Below are positions 26,199 through 32,000 of a stretch of 32,000 bases of DNA, one piece after another (within the stretch, counting starts at the first letter, position 1; every line of letters starts with the position of its first letter). Origin of the DNA: Candidatus Iainarchaeum sp. (lineage in GTDB: Archaea > Iainarchaeota > Iainarchaeia > Iainarchaeales > CSSED10-239); assembly GCA_037441475.1 (NCBI GenBank), contig JBBISB010000001.1:577465-609464 (forward strand). Direction: 5' to 3'. Both the position numbers and the translations under genes were made by a program. The notes below the pieces were generated by a model that searched no databases, was not told the origin of the DNA, and was given only the letters and a program-made list of their open reading frames with translations.

Positions 26199-27722
26199 AT
26201 GAACAATTTAGATTTTCCAAAAAAATATTATATAACAACACCTATCTACTATGTAAGTGGAAGATTCCATTTAGGGCACTCTTACACAACAACAGTTGCA
26301 GATGTTTTTGCAAGGTACTATAGGCTCATAGGTTCAGATGTCTTTTATCTTACAGGAACAGACGAGCATGGTTTAAAGGTAGAACAAGCAGCAAAGGATG
26401 CAGGTAAAGAAACAAAGGAGTTTCTAGATTCCTTAGTCCTAACAACAAAGAAAGTATGGAAGGATCTTGACATCTCCTACGATTACTTTGTAAGAACAAC
26501 TGATGAAAAACATAAAAAAACAGTTCAAGAGATTTCTCAAAAGATGTTTGAAAAAGGAGATATCTATAAAAGTAGTTATGAAGGTTTTTACTGTAAGGGA
26601 TGCGAGTCTTTTTATACTGAGAAGGATATTTCTGGAAATAAATGTCCTGATGGCCACCCTGTTACTGTTGAAAAAGAAGATGCATATTTTTTCAAACTTT
26701 CAAAATATCAATCTTGGCTTTTAGAAAATATTAAAAACAACCCTAGCTTTCTTTCCCCAGATTCAAGTAAGAATGAAATTCTTTCTTTTATAAACAATGG
26801 TCTTGAAGACATATGTATCTCAAGACATAAACAAAAGGTTCCTTGGGGAATAGAGCTTCCTTTTGATAAGGAGCATACAACATATGTATGGCTTGATGCT
26901 TTGTTTAATTACTACTCAGCTCTTGGAGGAGAAGGCTCTGATAACTTCAAAAAATACTGGCCTCCTGACTTTCAATTAATGGGTAAAGAGATATTTAGGT
27001 TTCATGCCATCTATTGGCCAATCTTTTTAAAATCCCTTGATATTGAAATTCCAAAACAAGAGTTTGCTCATGGTTGGTATGTTTCAGAAGGACAGAAGAT
27101 GTCTAAGTCCTTTGGTAATGTAGTCTACCCTGAAGAGTATATTGAAAAGTTCGGTTCAGATATCTATAGATACTATATCTTAAAGGAAATGTCTTTTGGA
27201 GAGGACGGTTCTTTTTCAAAGAAATCTTTTGTTGAAAGAACAAACAGTGACCTTGTTTCAAGCATAGGTAACCTTCTTTCAAGAGTAGTTACTTTAGTTG
27301 AAAAGAGAGGTAAGGAAAACGGATTTACTTTCTATAAGGATGATTTTTCAGAGGAAGTTGAAAATAGGATACTTGTAATTCACAATCTTTATAAAAGACA
27401 TGATCTTTCAAAAATCTTACTTGAAATTTTACAACTCTCATATGCTCTTAACAAGTATGTGCAAGACAATAAACCATGGGAATTATTAACAACAGATCCT
27501 GAAAGGTTTGATCAAGTAATGTACAATCTCTTGGAGTCTTTAAGGATACTTGCCTTGGAGTTATCCCCTATACTTACCAAGAAATGGAAGGAAATTTTTT
27601 CACAGCTTGGCTTAGATGAGAGTAATCTTGGACATAGAAAGCTAGCTTTTACAAACATCATGGAAGGAAAGACCATTAAAAAACAAGGTCATCTTTTCGA
27701 GAAAATAGAAATTAAAGAATAA
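26199..27722 (+). CDS. metG: Methionyl-tRNA synthetase (short form, no C-terminal appended domain)
   Basis: Class I signatures HLGH (GRFHLGHSYTT) and KMSKS, a Cys knuckle CKGCE...CPDGH, and 507 aa. Confidence 0.93.
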   Translation: MNNLDFPKKYYITTPIYYVSGRFHLGHSYTTTVADVFARYYRLIGSDVFYLTGTDEHGLKVEQAAKDAGKETKEFLDSLVLTTKKVWKDLDISYDYFVRTTDEKHKKTVQEISQKMFEKGDIYKSSYEGFYCKGCESFYTEKDISGNKCPDGHPVTVEKEDAYFFKLSKYQSWLLENIKNNPSFLSPDSSKNEILSFINNGLEDICISRHKQKVPWGIELPFDKEHTTYVWLDALFNYYSALGGEGSDNFKKYWPPDFQLMGKEIFRFHAIYWPIFLKSLDIEIPKQEFAHGWYVSEGQKMSKSFGNVVYPEEYIEKFGSDIYRYYILKEMSFGEDGSFSKKSFVERTNSDLVSSIGNLLSRVVTLVEKRGKENGFTFYKDDFSEEVENRILVIHNLYKRHDLSKILLEILQLSYALNKYVQDNKPWELLTTDPERFDQVMYNLLESLRILALELSPILTKKWKEIFSQLGLDESNLGHRKLAFTNIMEGKTIKKQGHLFEKIEIKE

Positions 27723-27724
27723 TA

Positions 27725-27757
27725 GCCTTTTTTTTAAAAAAAGGCCTTTATTTTTTT
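27725..27757. terminator. AT-rich hairpin and T-runs between convergent metG and aIF5A
   Basis: GCCTTTTTTTT/AAAAAAAGGC palindrome (27725-27745) followed by T7 (27751-27757). Confidence 0.35.
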
Positions 27758-27773
27758 AAAATTTTAAAATAAG

Positions 27774-27800
27774 CACAGAATAAAAGAAAACTATTCTGTG
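27774..27800 (-). terminator. 8-bp hairpin overlapping the aIF5A stop codon
   Basis: CACAGAAT (27774-27781) pairs with ATTCTGTG (27793-27800) around an 11-nt loop. On the minus-strand transcript it is followed by CUUAUUUUAAAAU. Confidence 0.35.
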
Positions 27801-28195
27801 TCTGCTTTCTTTCTTACAATTTTAATAAAAGGTCCAGCTTTCATATACTCAACATTATCTCCAGCCTTAAGGTCCTTAAACTCTGCTTTTTCAACATCGT
27901 ATGTTTGATAATCAGCAACATCCATCATCTGGTATTTATCTCCAGTATCAGAAATGATTTGTGCATTCCCTTTATCAATAACAGGAACTTCAACATCAGC
28001 GTCTGCTGGTTTTAAAAGATTCATTCTCTTATCATTAAAAACTCCAGTTGCTGTAATTCTTATTTTTGCAGCCCCGTGTTTTCCAGGCTTTGACTTATCT
28101 ATAGTGTCTATCCTACATATTGTTTCTTCAATAACAATAAATTGTCTTTCTTTTAATTGTCCTGCTTGCGCAAACTTAATTTGAAAATCACTCAT
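27791..28195 (-). CDS. eif5a: Translation initiation factor 5A (aIF5A)
   Basis: Hypusination loop KPGKHGAAK. About 134 aa from ATG 28195, which has GGTGA 5 nt upstream. The track start 28207 overlaps that SD. Confidence 0.92.
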   Translation of the reverse strand: MSDFQIKFAQAGQLKERQFIVIEETICRIDTIDKSKPGKHGAAKIRITATGVFNDKRMNLLKPADADVEVPVIDKGNAQIISDTGDKYQMMDVADYQTYDVEKAEFKDLKAGDNVEYMKAGPFIKIVRKKADTE

Positions 28196-28303
28196 TTTTT
28201 TCACCATTTTTTAATTATAATTTAAGTATATTATATATAATATATATAACTATCTATTTAAATATATTTTCTACTCTTTTAAAATCAATAATTATTGTTA
28301 ATT

Positions 28304-29001
28304 TTATCTTTTTTTAATTGGTTTTTTTCTAAGTCTCTTTATTCTCACAATTGGTTTTTTATTTTTAATCTTTAAAAGTTGTTCTTGATATTTATTAACT
28401 ATAATTGATACTTTATTTTTATTGAGGTTAATAAAACCTTGTTTTGTAAAGTAATCGTCTCTTATTTTTTTAGTTAAGATAAGTCTTTGGTTAAGTGCTT
28501 TTATTTTTTCTTTATAATAGCTTATTCTTTTCTCATCAATTAAATTATTTCCTGTTGCATTTTTATTTTCAATAATATTTTTTATAAGACGTTCCATTTC
28601 TTTTATTCTTCCTTCAATTACTCCAGAAGATATATCAGGATAACTTATATGTCTTGAAAGTCTTTCAGGAGTCTGATATACCTTAAGACAAGAAGCTATA
28701 AATGGTGTTAAAAGTAATTGGTGCCAGTTTGAAGGGTGCTTAAAATCAGGGTTATTTATACCCTGTATACTTTGTATCTCAATATTTTTTTTAGTAATAG
28801 TAAATCCAAGAATAGCTACTCTTTGATTTTTATACTCAAGAGTAATTAATTTTCTTAAGATGTTACTTTCAATAATAAATCTATCTTTAAAAACATGGTT
28901 TTCAACTGCTTTGAGTCTATAATCTTTAGTTACATCTATTTTTGTAATTTCATCTACTACTTCTTTAATTAGTTGTGCACTTTTTTTTCCTCAAAATTCA
29001 T
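28304..29001 (-). pseudogene. Hypothetical ~232-aa protein interrupted by a frame change in an A8 run (T8 on the plus strand)
   Basis: The track ORF (28304-28597) is in a frame that stays open for 131 more codons up to 28990 with no ATG/GTG/TTG. ATG 29001 (AGGGA upstream) reads MNFEEKK and then leaves that frame at the run 28981-28988. One extra A would fuse them. Confidence 0.55.
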
Positions 29002-29016
29002 TGCTAATCCCTATAC

Positions 29017-29301
29017 TTAAAGATTATTAAAAAATGAAAGTTCTTTTTTCTTTTTCTTGAAGAGGTTTAAAGGATTTTTAGTTGTTTTGCCTAAACTAGT
29101 TTCTTTTTTCTCTCTTTTAGGTTTTGGTTCGTTTTTAACAACTTTCTTTTTTTTAAAAAGTCTATCCAATATTCCTTCTTCATATCCTAGTGGTTTCTTC
29201 TTATACTTTACAGGTTTTTCTTGTTCAATATCATCCAAAGACCCAGATCCTTTATCATAAATAGCTTCATTTAAATAATTTTGTTCCTTACTTCTAGCCA
29301 T
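29017..29301 (-). CDS. Hypothetical Lys-rich protein (94 aa)
   Basis: GGTGA lies 7 nt upstream of the ATG. The sequence has two copies of an L-x-x-LFKKKK motif and looks largely disordered. The gene ends 15 nt before the next ATG on the same strand. Confidence 0.5.
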   Translation of the reverse strand: MARSKEQNYLNEAIYDKGSGSLDDIEQEKPVKYKKKPLGYEEGILDRLFKKKKVVKNEPKPKREKKETSLGKTTKNPLNLFKKKKKELSFFNNL

Positions 29302-29445
29302 ACCTTTCTCACCTTTTACCTTACAAATTTACCTTAACTATTATAGTCTACAGTTATCTTTAAAATACCTTTTCATTTAGAAATATTCTTTTTTATTACA
29401 ACCACTGTTTTTTAAATATTCCCTCTATAAAACATAAATATATAA

Positions 29446-29482
29446 ATATATTTATATTAGATATATTTATATTAGATATATA
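29446..29482. repeat. Perfect 15-nt tandem duplication (about 2.5 copies) in a promoter region
   Basis: ATATATTTATATTAG occurs at 29446-29460 and 29461-29475, then a partial ATATATA at 29476-29482. This lies 20-60 nt upstream of the SD/ATG of the membrane protein gene. Confidence 0.8.
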
Positions 29483-29515
29483 CATATAACATTAATAGAT
29501 ACGGTGAAAAAAGAT

Positions 29516-30154
29516 ATGAGACTTAGAAAAAAAAATTTAATTGAAAATGAAAAAGAAATTGTAAGCTTAAACCCAAAAAGCCTAGTTTCTCATTTTTATA
29601 ACAAGGTAGACTTAACAACAGCAGCAATAGTTATTTTTATATCAATATTTATAGAAACATTACTTTTATTATTCTTAAAGTCTCCAAATGTTTTATCTTT
29701 TTTTACAATAAGAATAATTGTGTCCTTCATCTTTAGTTGGATAATCTTAGGTGCTATTCTTTACCTTATACTTTACTTTGTAAAAGGTAAAAACAATTTA
29801 AAGGGTGGAGAGTATAAACAAATACTTTCAGGCCTTGCTTCCTTTAGAGTAGTTTCAATCTTATCAGTTTTAGTTGTTCTTGCAATAGTCTTAATATTCA
29901 TGCCAAAGCTTATACCTTTCATGTCTGTTGCTATGCAAAACCCAGCTGGTTTTTTAGAGAGTGGAATAATGTCTTCTTTAGGTGCAGGTGTTGGTATTTT
30001 CTTACTAATCATCTTTGCTATAGCTTTAATCATCTACTACATTTCAATGCTTTATAATTTTGTAAAGAACATGTATGATTTTGAGATTGCAGGAAATCTT
30101 TTAATGACTCTTGTTATCTTAATAGTAATGGTTCTTTTCTCAACAATCCTTTAA
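29516..30154 (+). CDS. Polytopic membrane protein (about 5 TM; Yip1-like topology, family unconfirmed)
   Basis: Five long hydrophobic segments. ATG 29516 has GGTGA (29503-29507) 8 nt upstream. The track's GTG 29504 is that SD itself. Confidence 0.6.
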   Translation: MRLRKKNLIENEKEIVSLNPKSLVSHFYNKVDLTTAAIVIFISIFIETLLLLFLKSPNVLSFFTIRIIVSFIFSWIILGAILYLILYFVKGKNNLKGGEYKQILSGLASFRVVSILSVLVVLAIVLIFMPKLIPFMSVAMQNPAGFLESGIMSSLGAGVGIFLLIIFAIALIIYYISMLYNFVKNMYDFEIAGNLLMTLVILIVMVLFSTIL

Positions 30155-30214
30155 TTTTTTATTTTTTTTAAAAAATAATAAAAGGATAAGTTATAAAGCA
30201 AAAATAGGTTTTTC

Positions 30215-32000
30215 ATGATAAAAGAAATAAAAAAAGAAACTGGTGTTTTCTTAACTTCCTTTTATGATGAGGGCATTTATGTAACTATTAAAGATGAGAA
30301 AGGTATTAAAAAAAATCTCTTTTATGACTTCTCTCCTTACCTTTACCTTGTTTCTGAAAAACCATTAACTGAAGAAGATTGTTTTCTTCTTATTAATTCT
30401 TTAAAAAATCTCTTAGAGATTATAAAAACAGAAAAAGAAAACTTCAATAACTGTTATAAACTTCTCTTTAAAGACATTGATTCCTTTCTTTCTTCAAGAG
30501 AACATTTAAAAGAAACAAATCTTTCTTCTTCCTTTAAGCTTAAGGAATATGATATTCCTTTTATACAAAGGTTCTTTATAGACAACTCCCTTTCTTGTTT
30601 TAAAAAAATCACTTACACTTACAAGGAAGATAAACTACTTTCTTTTGAGATTTTAGAGGACATCTCTCCAGAGTCTTTGTCTCACCTAACCTTTGATATT
30701 GAGGTCCTTCCTCCAAACGACTTGTCTTTTCCAGAGCCAAAGTCTTCTCCAATTCTTTCAATATGCACAATGGATGAAGCCTACAACTACAAGGTTTTTT
30801 TCTTAAAGGACATTTCCTTTAAAGAAGAGGACTTTTATAAGTCTTTTAAAAAAGAAAAAACAGAGGTGTTCTTTTTCACAGACGAGTCTTTAATGATAGA
30901 TGCTTTTTTTAAACATCTAGAAACAAAAGACCCTGATTTGCTTTTCACATATAACGGAGATCGTTTTGATTTTGAGTATATCTATAAAAGATATAAAACC
31001 ATTAAGTCTCAAGAGATTAATTTTTCAAAAAAAATAACCTTTCATAAAAGAGGAAATACTTCTGTCTCCATTGATAACATAATCCATATTGACACATATA
31101 TCTTAATGAGGCTCTTAAACTATCTTCAGGTCTTTAACTACTCAAAGCTTGACCTTAACTCTGTTTATGCAAAGATAACTGGTAATAAAAAAATTATTTT
31201 AAAGGTAAAGGACTTTATAGACCTTTACTCTTCTCAAGAGTACAGTAAGATAATAGAGTATAACATGGATGATGTTTATGCCACTTACTATCTTTCCATA
31301 AACTATCTTTCAATAGTTAATGAAATTTCAAAACTAATCTCTTCCCCTATCTATGATACCTTAAGGACATCAGCAGGGCAGATGATAGAAAAGCTTTTCA
31401 TTTACAATTACTTTAAGAAAAACATTATTCTAGAGGAAAGACCAGGTCCTAATACCATTTCAAGAAGGTATGAGTATAGCTTTACTGGTGCTTTTGTAAA
31501 AGCCCCTTTAGTTGGCTTGCATGAAAACATTGCTGTTGTAGATTTTAGAAGCTACCATATATCTATTTTAATGGCATACAACATAAGCCCAGAAACAATA
31601 AACATTCCATGTAAAGATTTTGAAGAGATTTTAGGTTATAAAATATCTAAAGACAAAAAAGGCTTTGTTCCTGGGCTTTTAGAAAACTTCTTATCTTTAA
31701 GGGTTTCAATTAAAAATCAAATGAAAACTTTTCCAAAAGACTCTCAAGAGTATAAAAGTCTTTATGCAAAGCAGTTTGCTTTAAAGATACTTCTTGCTTC
31801 AACCTATGGTTACATGGGTTTTTCAGGTGCAAGATGGTACTGTAGACCTTGCCTTGAGATAATGTATCATTTGGTAAGAACAAAGATACAGGAGACAATT
31901 GATCTTTTCATTTCCCGAGGGTATACTGTTGTATACGGGGACACAGACTCTTGTTTTATAAAGTTTGAAGATAAAGAAAAACTTTCAAAGGACATAGAAA
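30215..32000 (+). CDS. polB: Family B DNA polymerase (PolB), N-terminal ~595 codons, continues past the window end
   Basis: Open frame from ATG 30215 to the window edge, so it is absent from the track. It has Exo I LTFDIEV, Exo II YNGDRFDFEYI, Exo III YNMDDVYATYYL, motif A VVDFRSYHISIL, motif B KILLASTYG, and motif C VYGDTDS. Confidence 0.9.
   Translation, partial: MIKEIKKETGVFLTSFYDEGIYVTIKDEKGIKKNLFYDFSPYLYLVSEKPLTEEDCFLLINSLKNLLEIIKTEKENFNNCYKLLFKDIDSFLSSREHLKETNLSSSFKLKEYDIPFIQRFFIDNSLSCFKKITYTYKEDKLLSFEILEDISPESLSHLTFDIEVLPPNDLSFPEPKSSPILSICTMDEAYNYKVFFLKDISFKEEDFYKSFKKEKTEVFFFTDESLMIDAFFKHLETKDPDLLFTYNGDRFDFEYIYKRYKTIKSQEINFSKKITFHKRGNTSVSIDNIIHIDTYILMRLLNYLQVFNYSKLDLNSVYAKITGNKKIILKVKDFIDLYSSQEYSKIIEYNMDDVYATYYLSINYLSIVNEISKLISSPIYDTLRTSAGQMIEKLFIYNYFKKNIILEERPGPNTISRRYEYSFTGAFVKAPLVGLHENIAVVDFRSYHISILMAYNISPETINIPCKDFEEILGYKISKDKKGFVPGLLENFLSLRVSIKNQMKTFPKDSQEYKSLYAKQFALKILLASTYGYMGFSGARWYCRPCLEIMYHLVRTKIQETIDLFISRGYTVVYGDTDSCFIKFEDKEKLSKDIE

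Noticed and set aside
11462-31898. Remaining short nested or antisense track ORFs (11462-11647, 14223-14444, 17227-17430, 19563-19787, 20248-20469, 22869-23108, 24717-24935, 25401-25601, 26439-26657, 26503-26724, 27954-28184, 29057-29260, 29773-30033, 31710-31898)
   Set aside because: Each lies wholly inside a longer gene with family-level motif support or better context. None has an SD-like motif or recognisable domain.
1-32000. Scan for CRISPR arrays, rRNA, IS elements, integrases and prophage or defence genes
   Set aside because: There are no regularly spaced direct repeats. The only GC-rich structured segment outside CDS is the tRNA. No transposase or integrase motifs and no terminal inverted repeats were seen. 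Composition appears uniform by eye, with no island-like shift.

Overview
Strongly AT-rich, very gene-dense archaeal chromosomal window with about 43 protein genes and one tRNA. Intergenic spacers are short and many start/stop codons overlap. Most of it is core information-processing machinery. Positions 2-6197 hold the archaeal exosome/proteasome superoperon: putative Rpp30 tail, Pop5, psmA, an unknown 139-aa insert, SBDS, Rrp4, Rrp41, Rrp42, L37ae, RpoP, Brix, Pcc1-like and prefoldin beta. The rest includes a histone, tRNA-Arg(TCG), a Zn-ribbon protein plus aEF-1beta, ABCE1, RFC large subunit, PCNA, membrane LonB, RNase Z, PheRS alpha/beta, a short MetRS, aIF5A, and the N-terminal ~595 codons of a family-B DNA polymerase running off the 3' edge. 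The small proteins, compaction and AT bias suggest a reduced-genome archaeon such as a DPANN-type lineage; this is inference only and no search was run. No CRISPR array, rRNA or clear mobile element is visible. Non-housekeeping content worth a second look: (1) four consecutive genes (11805-13615) with class III, type IV prepilin-like signal peptides and no assembly genes nearby; (2) three genes broken by single-base frame changes, two of them exactly at A9/A8 homopolymers (an MBL hydrolase, a SAM methyltransferase downstream of PCNA, and a 232-aa unknown); (3) a PolB whose motif A and motif B deviate from the family-B consensus at normally invariant positions while motif C and the exonuclease motifs are intact; (4) a Met-rich 29-codon ORF plus hairpin/T-run and a dyad-symmetric element in the unusually long spacer upstream of metG; (5) several orphan proteins, including a wHTH protein, a Lys-rich pair and a surface-anchored protein. 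A GGTGA/GTGA Shine-Dalgarno-like motif 4-8 nt upstream of ATG recurs, and I used it to move several starts relative to the supplied ORF track.
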